Part shown: positions 1-12,855 of the stretch, in pieces
How the letters are laid out: each line of letters starts with the position of its first letter
How positions within the stretch are numbered: position 1 is the first letter of the stretch
NCBI GenBank assembly: GCA_951406725.2
Contig: OX597818.1
Span: forward strand, 24,242,001 to 24,306,000
Reading direction: 5' to 3'
Source of the DNA: Octopus vulgaris
Lineage: Eukaryota
DNA: 64,000 bases
Notes under the pieces: model-generated
Seen by the model: only the letters and a program-made list of their open reading frames with translations
What the model was told of the DNA's origin: nothing
Database searches by the model: none
Position numbers and translations under genes: made by a program

Positions 1-921
1 ATATATAGAGAGAGAGAGAGAGATACATACATAGTATTGTGTGTCACAAAATCAAAATCCAAAAAAAAAAAAAATCCAGCTTGACCATAGCCGCATGGCT
101 AAAATGAGTAAAAGAGTAAAAGAATATATATTTGTAATAGAAAAGTTAGCAAGAGAATTACTTTCACTATTGCAGTGAGTGAATTCTCATTAAAGATGAA
201 GGAAACAAAATATTACAATGCTCGATGAAGATTTTTATGTTGACATTTGTAGAACTTTGGTAGTCAACAATAATTCCACATCAACCGATTTTATCTCATT
301 AAAGTTCACATAGCATTTTTCTTACATAATTTCAGTTCTGCCTATGAGCTAACAAACCTATACTTGCATAGGTGGGTAGGTAGATCTTCTTGAGCACTGT
401 AAATTACCAATCATCTCAGTCCTTTGTCATCTCCTCTGTGAGGCTCACCATCCCGAGATCCATCCCCACCATTCCATTCCACAAATTCCTGGCAGCCCCA
501 AAATAAACAAATTGTAAAAGATCATACTAATGGATATCTCACATATTTTACATATGTTCCTCAGTTTTATTATGAATTTTATAAAAGGGAATTCTTTCTT
601 AACACTCAAATAGAAATTTTTCCAAAATGATTAAATCTTTAGATGCAAAAAACTTGTCCCTTGATGCCTTTGGTTGAGACTGGAGTGCACCTTGTACAAA
701 TTAAAGGAAGGGCAAAATAAAATGATAATGATAAATAAATTAATAAATTGAAACATCTCAATCCTTGAGAGGAAATGCTTGGATATTCTTAAAAATCTCA
801 ATAATCCAAACTATAAATAAATCCTATTAAACTAGAAATTATTGAAATTGTAAATTGGTACACTCTTATAAAGAAAAATAATGAATTCTCTTTGGCAATG
901 TGGTTAAAGTAAAGCCCAAAA

Positions 922-1162
922 CTTTCTTCAACTAGGCATGGGTCTCTTGTCTTGAAATCAGTTCTTTTCGGTGTTAAGATGGTTTACACGTGAACTATGT
1001 GCTACAGATTTGCCATCTGCTCAAAAAGCAATACAAATAGGTTTAGATAGTGTCTACTAGACAATGGACTTAACTGATATGGGTAAATTAGCTTTTAATA
1101 CATAGTAAAATCTGAAGAAAATAATTTTTGTACAAAATTATATCAGAAACAGTTTAATTGAT
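922..1162 (+). repeat. Direct duplication of 3803-4115 lacking ~74 bp
   Basis: Near-identical text from ctttcttcaa..aggcatg to cagaaacagtttaattgat. Confidence 0.9.
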
Positions 1163-2077
1163 GTGAGCACAACCAAAACCTTTAGCCAAACTGCTAATTT
1201 ACATTGCATTTACACTTTTAAAAATTTCATTGAATTTTTCACATATATGAACATAGACACACACATATATACACAATTACAGCCATTACAATCATTATCA
1301 TCATTTCAAATTACATCTGCTTTCCATGCTGGCATGGGCTGGATGGGCTATCTCAGTTGAAGTCAGTCCATATGTGGAGTTACTGTCTTTGTAAATGAGC
1401 TACAGGAACACATCATGCTCATATATACTATTTTTGGCACAGTTTCTATGGCTAGGTGCATTTTCTCATTCCGCAGAATACAAAGCAATGTTACTCTCAC
1501 TCTTGCAAGGCAAACACAATTGAGGGGTGCAACAGGAGAGAATGACATATCATCAGCTGAAGCACCATTTTAACCCTTAAAGATTTAAACAGGCCATATC
1601 AGGCTCAAATATTCTACCTATTTAATACTCAAATTGGCCAGATTCAGCTTCTCAAACTTACCCTATAATGTCATTTTAAAAATAAATAACCACATCATCA
1701 AAATCTCAAAGCTATAGGATTAGTTCAAAACAATGTGAATATTTATTTATTATTATCATTTTGACAAAGTAATCTGAATTCTAAAGGATTAAGTTTCACT
1801 TTTCTATGTTTCTACAAATCAGATGGAATTCATTGAGACAGACATTTTATAGCTGGATGCCCTTCCTGTTGCTGGCCCTGACCTGTTTCCAAGAAATATT
1901 TCCTCATGGCCAATCAGGATTTCATGGGAGATTGGAAATGAAGGACACCATTTGCCAACTATCATGCAATGGCAAGACTAAGACACACACACACACACAC
2001 GTTTGATTGAAAGTAACTATGGAAGCCTGTCATATGTATGTGTGTGCACGTGTGTGTGAATCTATCTACCTATCTAG

Positions 2078-2462
2078 AAGTGGATGTTGTAAGAAGCTTG
2101 CTTCCCAACCACATGGTTCTGGGTTCGGCCCCACTGTATGACACTTTAGGCAAGTGTCTTCTATAGTCTTGGGCCAACCAAAGCCTTGTAGTGGATTTGG
2201 TAGAAGGAAACTGAAAGAAGCCTGTCATATGTGTGCGTGTGTGAACGAGTGCCTGTCTTTGTGTCTGTCCCCCACCACTGCTTGACAACTGGTATTGGTG
2301 TGTTTATGTTCCTGTAATTTAGTGGCTTGGCAAAAAAGACTGATAGAATATATACTAGGCTTAAAAAAAAGTGCTGAGGTCAATTCATCCAATTAAAAAT
2401 TCTTCAAAGTGGTGCACCAGCATGGTTGCAGTCTAATGACTGAAACAAGTAAAAGATAAAAG
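2078..2462 (+). mobile_element. Older family A SINE (further partial copies at ~13165, 14215, 26550-26930, 32395, 35745, 36150, 44005, 45705, 55718)
   Basis: Same head, body and tail motifs with more substitutions. Confidence 0.75.
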
Positions 2463-2862
2463 GTACACACACACACACATATATATGGTAGCTTTTAGAT
2501 ACTTTCTCTAAACCAGATTCCACTCACAAGGTATTGGTCAACTGATCAGTGGTATTGAACTCAGAATCATGTGGTTTTGATGTGAACTTCATAACCATAC
2601 AGCCATGTTCACATCCAGATATAACAGATATTTTTTCAAGGTAAACAAAGATAATATTTAGTCATTAAAATAGCTCTTTGGTAAACATTACCATTCTCAT
2701 TGTAGCTTATCTTTTTTTATTGTAGTGTAAACTAGATGGGTCAGACAAATTATCTTCTAAATGAAAGTTTTTGTAGCAATATTTATATCCAATTAAACAA
2801 GTCATACAAGTAGCTAATGAGGAAGATACTATGACAAATGATACTCTCAAAGTAGCTTTAAC

Positions 2863-2909
<47 letters not shown>

Positions 2910-5479
2910 CAATCACTCACAGAAAGAAATGTCATTTCTATCTTAATGAAGTTAACATATATAGTTAATAAACAATGGTTAATTGAAATAATTATCATCT
3001 TCTCTATAAGACACACATGCACATAAGCACACAGAGTATTTCAGGAAAAATTCTTAAATCATACAATTTAAACAGCTAATGCTGTTGATAGTATTATAGT
3101 GAGAGTGAATATTTAGCATTCCTGCTCTTTACAGAATTGTGTATTCTGAGAGAGTGATAGAGAAAGAGAGAAAAGGGGAGGAAAGGAGAAAGAGAAAGAG
3201 AGAGAGATTTGATTTTCTGATGTCTAGTCACAGTTCATTGAAGAACTTAACCTCAACTTTGCAAAGTAGTAAAATAAAGGTAATTCTAGTTAAATATACA
3301 ATGCTCCCACTGCTTACAGCAATATACTGTACCTGTAGATAGAACTATATAAAACTAGGCTAAGAAAGGTACTATTTTAATATAACGGTTTTCTAACTTA
3401 TGAACAGTGTGAAATGACTGGATGTAAAACGTTGACCACAGCCTACATTCTATCAACTCAGCTTGCTGTGACTTTCTTCATACAACAACAACAACAACGA
3501 CATCAACATCATCATCATCATCAAACATTCTCATTCCATGCTGGCACAGGTAGAATAGATTGACTGGTCAACAGATCACATCTTTCTCCAATGTTTCATT
3601 TTTGGCATGATTTCTGCTGCTGGATGCCCTTCCCAATACCAACCAGTTATAAAGTGTATTTGGGTGCATTTCTTATGGCACCAGCACTATAGAAGCTGCT
3701 TTGTCATCGGCAACCTCTCTCTCAACCCATGCATTGTCAGTGTTTAAATTGATTACCAAATATAAAGTGAACTGGATGCTTTTTTTTGAAACCAGAAAAA
3801 GGCTTTCTTCAATTAGGCATGAGTCTCAAGTCTTGAAATCAGTTCTCTTCAGTGTTAAGATGGCTTGCATGTGAACTGTGCTACAGATCTGCCATCTGCT
3901 CAAAAAGCAATACAAATAAGTTTAGATAGTGTCCACTAGACAATGGACTTAACTGATATGGGTAAATTAGCTATAAAATTGTAAAAAGATTTTGTAGATG
4001 AATATGAATGAAAGCTATTTCAATATCTTGTATTTTAACAAATAATTTTAATACATAGTAAAATCTGCAGAAAATAATTTTTGTACAAAATTATATCAGA
4101 AACAGTTTAATTGATTAAAATCCATTGGGGGGACACCTTGTAGCTTGCAAAGTGAAAGAGAGCACCTCCAATATACTGAATACCTCTCTCATTAATAATC
4201 TCTGACATCATGGTATAAACTATGTCAAATTCTTCATTTCCTAAATAATCAAACTTAATATAATATGTAAAGTAAATTGTTGCAGATGATACTTTTTGGA
4301 GATTGGGCTATATATTAAATACATTTAATATTCAGTAGTGTTTGGTTAGTTTGAGATATCACAGATATCAATGGATTTAAACAACATAATCAGAGGTGTA
4401 GCAGTGGATAGAAAGTTACTAATTACTTGAAACCTGCATAGTCTGAAGTTTCTTTAAATTGTATGGGGTAATTATGCCTGTTTGTGTTACAATATTTTTA
4501 TTTATAACATTCTGATTGTGTGTGTGAGTGAGAGAGTGAGTGAGTGGAGAGTGAACAAGAGAGTAAGAATGAATTTTAGATATACAGGAAACATTTTAAA
4601 TAACAACAACCAGAATAATAGAAAAGCCAAGCAAACAGCACTTTTGGAGATTATTGAACTACAAAGAAAATTTCTAGCATCATGCTAACTTGTTTATGTC
4701 TGCTTCAGCATTTAACAGCTAATGAAGCGATATCTATTATACTTTTTTTATTCTTTATTTACTGTGTCCATTTTAAATAAATGTATCTAAAAAGAAATTC
4801 CTAGACAATGGAAAACTCAAATCACTAAGGTTACTGTTATTTAGGAAGTTTACTGTACATATGTCACTATTTCTGTATGTATAGTTTTGTTTATCTCACT
4901 AAGTGAATGACAAGAGAGCGGAATTTTCATGGAAGACCAAATATGCTTGAAATGTTATCATTTCTTAAGTATGCCATAAGAGAGTTGGAGCCTATTCAAT
5001 GAATCTATTTAGGAAGGGCTTTACTTTTAAGCTTTCGGTTGATTTAAGTTATCCAGTGAGAGCCCAGGATGTTTTAGTCAAGTAGGATTAAAGATGAAAA
5101 ATGGGTAAGTTGACCCCCCAAGGGATTTTCATAAAAAACGTTTATTTGTTTGCATTCAGCCTAAGATCGAATCATTTGCTACCTACACAGCAGGGGTATA
5201 GGGTTATCAGGGTGATCCTTTTGGTGCAAGAAATCTTAATTTGATTCTAGTTTACCAAAATTGCCAATCAATCAGTGGAAACTCAATAAAACTATTCCTT
5301 GTGGGTTTCTGCATTTAAATTGACTGCAACCTTTTCTTTTAGCCTTAACTTGAGGTACAAATGACCTAAGATACAAAGATTTTCTTAAGCGTAATTTCAT
5401 GCTTTTGTGTTTTGAGATACAACTGAAAATTGAGATGCTAATTAATTTCCAGTCACAATTTTCTGCTTGCTAGGAAATT

Positions 5480-5830
5480 TGAAAACTTTGTCAGCCCTGA
5501 TTATTCATTTCATTTTGTTGGTGAAGGTTTGCTTTCATGGTGGTCTTTATCGATTTTCTAACATCCGTCCCCTTCATCTTCAACAAAGCCGTCAAATTTG
5601 CGATGATTAATTACCCAGTGCAGCTGCACCTCTGGGTGGGCTCAGAATCTGCAGAGGCTCAGTCAAACGCATTAAAAAACATATGCAATAGAAAGGTGAA
5701 CATAATTTCCGAAAACAAAGAAAGGGATTTAGCACAAAACTAGCACTATGACCTGGCTTTTTTTTAATGAAATTTGAGATGTAGGTAAATTTTGTTATGG
5801 GGAGACAATGAAGGTGTTTAATTGAAAGGG
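5480..5830 (+). mobile_element. Highly decayed LINE RT remnant
   Basis: VVFIDF...YPVQLHLWV resembles RT motif 3 and its downstream segment; the rest is barely alignable. Confidence 0.35.
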
Positions 5831-6624
5831 GCTTGAAAAGGGAACAAATGCAAATAAGCATTTCCTTAGAGACATTCTTATCGATTTTTTAGAAATTTTA
5901 CATGTGATTACAGTCCATTAGTGGATGCCAGCATGAAGTGTTGAGAAAAAATTGATAATTGTGCATGAGCGGGGGATTTTAAGAAATAAATAGGCTTTTT
6001 GTATGCAATTACCCATAGCATTAATATTTTATGCTGTAAATTTTACAGAATTAATCTGATTTTGATAAATTTGACATTCAGGTAAAATTTATGGCCAGAG
6101 TCATGTAGTAGAATTAAAATTAAACTGGTGAAAGGCAGAAATCGTCAAAATTCACTCACAATAAAATAATGAACTGATTTTGAAGAAAATTGACCCATGA
6201 GTAAAATTAAGCACTTTGACATATGAAACATCGATTATTCATATAAAGTATTGGGATTTAAAAGTCAATGGGATATTTTCATGTAAATGGTCACATGGAT
6301 TCTATTTTATGACATAACCTTAACACTTTTCTTCAGATTTTGCTGAGATTGGACATGCTGATCAATTTTGTGCAGAGGGTGGCATTAAGAGGAGAGAAAT
6401 AAACAAATATCACTGTCACTGGGGCGAGGTACACCCAAACGTTTGACTACAATTTCAGACAGTCCAATATGTAGGAGTATGTCGAAGGCATTAACCAGGT
6501 AAAATCCCTGCTGAACCAGATATAACATCTTAATGGGTAATAGTTGGCACAGGGAATGTAGAAGATTTCAATACAATGTCAGAGGTGGGCTTAACTTCAA
6601 CACAGAAAACACGAGCAATTTAAT

Positions 6625-8070
6625 TTTTCTAATTGAAGTTCCAATAATAAGTAAATACCTACTAAGTCAGTCACCTGTGCAGAATAAGGTGCCCCCATAG
6701 GTATATCAAAATAATCTCCAGTATCCTTCCTAGCCCACAATTTATTACTATATCTAATCAATGATTTCCTAGCCGCTTTAACTACCTTAACTTCATCATA
6801 AGTCATTCCAACCTTATTCATTGCATAAATTAGGGCCTTATTTAGTACAGTCTCATTTATAGAACAATAATAATTACCTATATCTATTTGAATGAATTTA
6901 TATCTATTTTTATCTTTAGTATTATAAAACCATTTTAAAGTATCATTAGTACTACTCCAAAGTTTTAGATAATTAAGTTCATTTAATCTATTGATATATT
7001 TATCTAAAATGAGCTTACTTAATTTACCTAGATCTGATTTACATGGACAAATAAGTCTAACTTTTGGGTCAGAATAAAAATTATTTTTTGGTTTTTTAAA
7101 GTAATTCTAGGCGCAGGAGTGGCTGTGTGGTAAGTAGCTTGCTAACCAACCACATGATTCCGGGTTCAGTCCCACTGCGTGGCATCTTGGGCAAGTATCT
7201 TCTGCTATAGCCCCGGGCCGACCAATGCCTTGTGAGTGAATTTGGTAGACAGAAACTGAAAGAAGCCTGTCGTATATATGTATATATATACATATATGTG
7301 TGTGTGTATATGTTTGTGTTTCTGTGTTTCTCCCCCTAGCATTGCTTGACAACCGATGCTGGTGTGTTTACGTCCCCGTCACTTAGCGGTTCGGCAAAAG
7401 AGACCGATAGAATAAGTACTGGGCTTACAAAGAATAAGTCCCGGGGTCGATTTGCTCAACTAAAGGCGGTGCTCCAGCATGGCCGCAGTCAAATGACTGA
7501 AACAAGTAAAAGAGTAAAGAGTACATAGGTACATAAGGTTCAGTTTTATTGTCTAACTCATATTTCATCATGATTAATTTAGAGGCTTTATTTATATTAT
7601 TAAGAGTATTTTCAGGAACAATTTTATATTTTTTATTTATTTCTTTTTCCAATAAATTATCATATGATTTAACATCTAGTTTACACAGGTTCCTAGTTTT
7701 ATCTGATTGTACTATAATTCCATCCATACTTCTCATTTCTGTTATTTTTATAGCTAGATTTCTTAAATATTCATTGTGCCTATTTGGGTATCTATGAAAT
7801 TTAATATTTTTCACTACTTTCCAAATATTACCTTCTAAACCCTGTATTTCCCTATTATACGGGGGGTTAAAATAATATAATTAGTACTCTCAACATCGTT
7901 AATATTAGATATATTACAATTATTGTAGTAGGCTTTCCATTTAATCCTATTAATAAAATTTTTAACATTATTAATTAGTTTCAAAGTATATTCTTTTCTA
8001 GATGGTATAGGAACATCTTTCAAAGATGAATTCCAAAATAGCAGTTTTATCTTACCTGAAAGCTCCATAA
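6625..8070 (-). mobile_element. Penelope-like retroelement (PLE), degenerate N-terminal and RT region, interrupted by a SINE
   Basis: Minus-strand peptides SLKDVPIPSRKEYTLKLI...RIKWKAYY, IVQSDKTRNL, ITLKN..NNFYSDPKVRLICP, FIQIDIGNYYCSI and FDIPMGAPYSAQVTDLVGIYLL are typical PLE RT motifs. Frameshifts present. Confidence 0.85.
7110..7523 (+). mobile_element. Full-length tRNA-derived octopus-type SINE (family A)
   Basis: A/B boxes (tggctgtgtggtaag; gggttcagtccc), internal TA/TG microsatellite, tail gaaacaagtaaaagagta. Near-identical to 22597-23008. Confidence 0.9.
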
Positions 8071-8090
8071 CTAACGAAATGGAAAGTTAA

Positions 8091-8781
8091 ATATAACTGA
8101 CAAATTCAAGCTTCTCTACTTGTTCCTCAACAGTTATGGTGGGATTTATTCCACCAGGGTTTGCTGGAAGTCCTCGTTGAGTTCTACAGACCTTCCAGGA
8201 TGAAGCTCATCTAGGCTGTAGTTTCCGGCTCAGAATTTCTGGAACTACTGTTGACACTAGCTAACACTTATTGACTGAACCCCATATACTGCATTAATAT
8301 TCCTTGCACTTTCCATCGTGTTGTTGCCTTTATTGAACTCATAAAGCAAAATATGCCAAATATGCTCCTTTGTCACTTCCATTATAGCTTTGAAAAGCTA
8401 ACTGTTAAAATCGAACTGCACTCTTCAAAACTTGCACTAAGAGTAAGGACAAGGTAAAATTACTACCTGCTTTTATAGCAAGTTGATGCAGGTAGTTTAT
8501 TCCATCTCCCTCCAACTTTTAGTTTATGACCCAATACAAAACAGTTAACAGAAATAGTTAGAACTAGTAACCAGCGATTGCAAATAAACAAACTATAACA
8601 GGTAACAAGATGTAATCCAAATTATAAGACTAGGTATCATTGGTACAGCTGCAATAGGAAATGATTCTTAAATAGGGTGGCAGAGTAAATTACACAAATG
8701 CTAAGTGAAGAAGATAAACCCAAAACAAAATTGAATAAAACCAAAAGCAAAACAAAAGCAAGAAAAATGAAAACAAAAAAT

Positions 8782-8821
<40 letters not shown>

Positions 8822-9321
8822 ATAATATTAGGGAGTATATCCAAACTTACAGGGAAAAATTAGATTTAGGAATGAATTTGAATTAATCTTTTGTGCTAGC
8901 AGTTTTGAAACTTCATATGGTTTTCTTACAAAATTTACAAGGCCATTGTGTTATATATATCATCCTCCTCCTCCTCATCATCATTTAATGTCCGCTTTCC
9001 ATGTAGTATATCTCTAATTTAATATATATAACTGACAAATTCAAGCTTCTCTACTTGTTCCTCAACAGTTATGATGGGATTTATTCCACCAGGGTTTGCT
9101 GGAAGTCCTCGTTGAGTTCTACAGACCTTCCAGGATGAAGCTCATCTAGGCTGTAGTTTCCGACTCAGAATTTCTAGAACCACTGTTGACACTAGCTAAC
9201 ACTTATTGCCCAAACCCCATATACTGCATTAATATTCCTTGCACTTTCCATCGTGTTGTTGCCTTTATTGAACTCATAAAGCAAAATATGCCAAATATGC
9301 TCCTTTGTCACTTCCATTATA
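8091..9321 (+). repeat. 296-bp direct repeat (8091-8386 / 9026-9321)
   Basis: atataactgacaaattcaagc...cacttccattata occurs twice with only a few substitutions. Confidence 0.95.
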
Positions 9322-9365
9322 TCGAACCGTCCAACCCATGCTAGCATGGAAAGCGGACGTTAAAC

Positions 9366-9404
<39 letters not shown>

Positions 9405-11229
9405 ATATATATATATATATATATGGAGCCTGGTGCAGCCATCTGGTTCGCCAGCCCTCAGTCAAATCGTCCAACCCATGCTAGCATGGAAAGCAGATAT
9501 TAAATGATGATGATGATGAGGAGGAGGATGATATATATAACACAATGGCCTTGTAAATTTTGTAAGAAAACCATATAAAGTTTCAAAACTGCTAGCACAA
9601 AAGATTAATTCAGTTCATTCTTTTTCTATGATTATAGCATATTAACAATTGAAACTAGTATGATCTTTTGACAAAAATGTAAATATTTTGTCCTTTTTTT
9701 TCCTGATAACATTTTCAAAACTTTTGCTTCATTTATTTCTAATATAAATTTTCTCATGTGAAACTTTTTGACTACTTCAATGCACATACAATTATATATA
9801 ATTACACACACACACATGTTTATATATATATAAAATGATATATTCATAATACACACACACACATGTTTATGTATAAAATTATATGTGCAACTTCTACTTG
9901 CCCTCCCTAATTATGTCACCATACTCCCTTGGACACATTACCTTGGGGATATGCCCTAGTCCCTCATCATCGTCTTATCTATCTCTCTACCACACCAGTC
10001 TGTCTACCCATATATAGCATGGAGTAGCATTGCATCTCTTCCTACGTTATATGAAATATAAGCATTAAACAATATTCCAACACTTTTTGAATATACTCTT
10101 GAATCAATACTTTACAAGTGAAAAATGGAGTTGCTATACATGAACGGGCAAACAATCTCAAACTACGTAACACTCTCTTGAAGATGAGGATCAGATGTTT
10201 ACATCCTACATTTTCAGACATCATGCTAACAATAAATTCAAGATGGCAATGTCTAGAGTACTGATCAAACAATTCTTTTGATCAGCTATTTTTCTTTAAT
10301 AGATCTACTTGATCAGAGCTGACCAGGATCATTCAACAATAATAAGTTCCAATTAACAGAGGAGAAAAAAAAAAACATAAATTATACAAACCATGCTGTA
10401 CTTTCTTGAATCTTTTGAATTGATCAATACAGAAGTTAATTGAAAGACTATATAGTTTTATTTTTCAATTTTTGTCTTACTTCACAAATTTGTTACCTAG
10501 ATACAAGTTCAGAAATTTTTCTTTTGGGTGAGAACAGTTGATCATGTCAACCCTTTAACTTGACTGGTATTTTAATTCTAGTATATCAATCCCTGAAGGA
10601 TGAAAGACAAAACTGACCTCAATGGGATTGGAATGCAAAATGTAAAGAGCCATAACAAATACTGTATGACATTTTTTTTTATACTCTAATGATTCTGCCA
10701 ACTCATCACACTAGATAAAGTAGATGATGATGATGAGGACAGATAATACAAAACAAATGAAAATATGTGAGAAATATTCATGCGCCCAATTTTATCATCA
10801 ATTATTCATTTGTCAATCTGCATGTATTGAGAATTTTACCATCCCCACACTTATCCATTTATATCCACTATTAATCTGGTGAACTGGATCATAAATTATG
10901 TTAATGAAATATAAATGTTATTTATTTTTGAGAAAACATTAACCATGCCACATTATATAAAAAGAACATGTGACTTTACAGGACCTTCCACTACACATAT
11001 TTGTCTCAAATATCACAATCAGAATTTACGTGGTTAACATAATTAAATCATGTAGTATATTTGAAATCTCATTCAAAATTATTAATAGTTTTTAATTCTG
11101 TACAGTTCTAAAATCTAATAAGAGTAAATATTTCTAATAGTTTGGTGTAGAGAAAGAGACTGTACCCACGGCTTTTGTAAGACAGGTAAGCTCTTAAAAG
11201 ATATTCAGTAACACTCATTTGGAACCAAT

Positions 11230-12240
11230 CACTATAGAAAAAAACATGAGCAGGAAGGGACATCTGAGGAGCTAACATTCTGGGCAGAAAGGACTGGGAA
11301 TAATGGTTTGTTCAGACCCTAACAATGCAGATGCATTTTTAATGATAAGAAAGACAAGTTGAGTAGGTTTGAATGGAAGTGGTTTGAGACCATCAAACTA
11401 TGGAGGAGGAAATATCACTATAACTGTGATAAAGAAAGCAAGAGTAGGAGACAGCAAATCTGTGTAGAAGAGGTAACAGTTTGTTGGTGAACAACTTCAT
11501 ACCAATCAAAAAAGTGCTTTTTCTAGATGTAATCTATGTGTGTAGCAACAGTACAATCCCAGATGCAGGAACAGTATTTCATTGAAGGTTAACTCAAGTT
11601 ATGTAGAGAATTACTAAAGGTTAGAAGCTGAAGTATTTTCTGGCTCTCAAGTGGAATTCAGTTTTTGTTATACTCAGGATATGAGATTGCCAGGATAAAT
11701 GATGAATTGGTTATAAGATTTAGAATTTCTAAAGATTTTGGCGGTTTTAATTTTGTAATGTCCCTGACTAGGGGTACAAGAGTGTTTCCTTACTATTGCA
11801 ATGATTGTATCATTATGCTGTTGAAGATGATAAGGTTCAAACAATCTGATTGGAAAATAGTTTCGAGGTCTCTGTTCATAGAGGCAGTGCATTATCCACA
11901 TGAGGTGCTTTGGTTGCATGTGGATAATGCTTATGTGTGGAGGCTTATGGAGTAATGAAAGTTGGTATCATCTGCATAGGAGTGGGTGTCTTTAGAGGTG
12001 ATGGCAAGTAAATTATTGATGTACAAGAAAAAGAGTGTGAGAATAAAACTGATCCTTGGGCCACACTAGAGTTGATAGAGTGGTCAGAAAAATCTCTACA
12101 CAATGAGAGTTTCCAATCTGCCAGGAAGCTTCTGAACTAAGGAACAAGAGATGGATGGAGTCAATATGCTGACAGTTTGGATAAGAAATATGCATTCTAA
12201 GCATGATCAAATACTCTGCTGATATCAAGTGTACTGACAG
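11230..12240 (-). mobile_element. Degenerate LINE (CR1/Jockey group) RT fragment
   Basis: Minus strand VAQGS (~12052-12066), THSYADDTNF (~11957-11988), PSMKYCSCIWD. Confidence 0.75.
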
Positions 12241-12553
12241 TGTTTATGCTAAATTTCTCAAGGAAGAGGGCCTTCTAATGAATGCAGTAGAAGCACAGGT
12301 TTCCATAGGAAATTATGTACTTTACTCTTGGTATTATTAACTATACTTTGTTTGAGATGCTTTATATGTCAGATTACTTGGTACTAGTAGATATGAAAGG
12401 GACAAAGAATATCTCTGAAACAAATTTTGGTTAGACTGTTGTTCTATGAAGCTGAACTCATTCAAAGAAATTACAAAATAAAAGTATTATTAAGTAAAAG
12501 TTATAGGGACATACATGTTGAAAATTTTCTATAAAAAGATTTAATGTAAGAAC

Positions 12554-12855
12554 AACAATTGCAGCATGGAAGGTGTTTATAAGCCATTAAAAACACACAC
12601 ACACACAAACTGTTAGATTCACTTCAACATTTAAATTTAATTTGTCGAAATATTTTCCTCACTTTGAGACTGTGACCTGTGCACTGACCAAATTCCAAAA
12701 TGCAGCACAAATTTTATCAGTAAACTGGTTAAAGTCTCAAAGCAATGAAAATATTTTGACAAATTAAATTTAAATGTTGAAGTGAATCTAACAGTTTTTG
12801 TGCATGTGTGTTTTTTTTTTAATGCCTTATAAACACCTTCAATGCTGCAATTGTT
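12554..12855. repeat. ~300-bp palindromic (fold-back) element
   Basis: Arms of ~140 bp are reverse complements (aacaattgcagcat.gaaggtgtttataag...aaactgttagattcacttcaacatttaaatttaatttgtc) around a ~15-nt loop. Confidence 0.9.

Noticed and set aside
8150-8250. Possible hammerhead in the 296-bp repeat next to the PLE
   Set aside because: Only CTAGATGAG / GGATGAAG-like words; no CTGANGA with a correctly placed stem II and GAAA.
12640-12690. Hammerhead-like layout in the palindrome arm (gtca...tcac/gtga-gGAAA-atat-tt-cgac on the minus strand)
   Set aside because: The catalytic CUGANGA box is absent in both arms.
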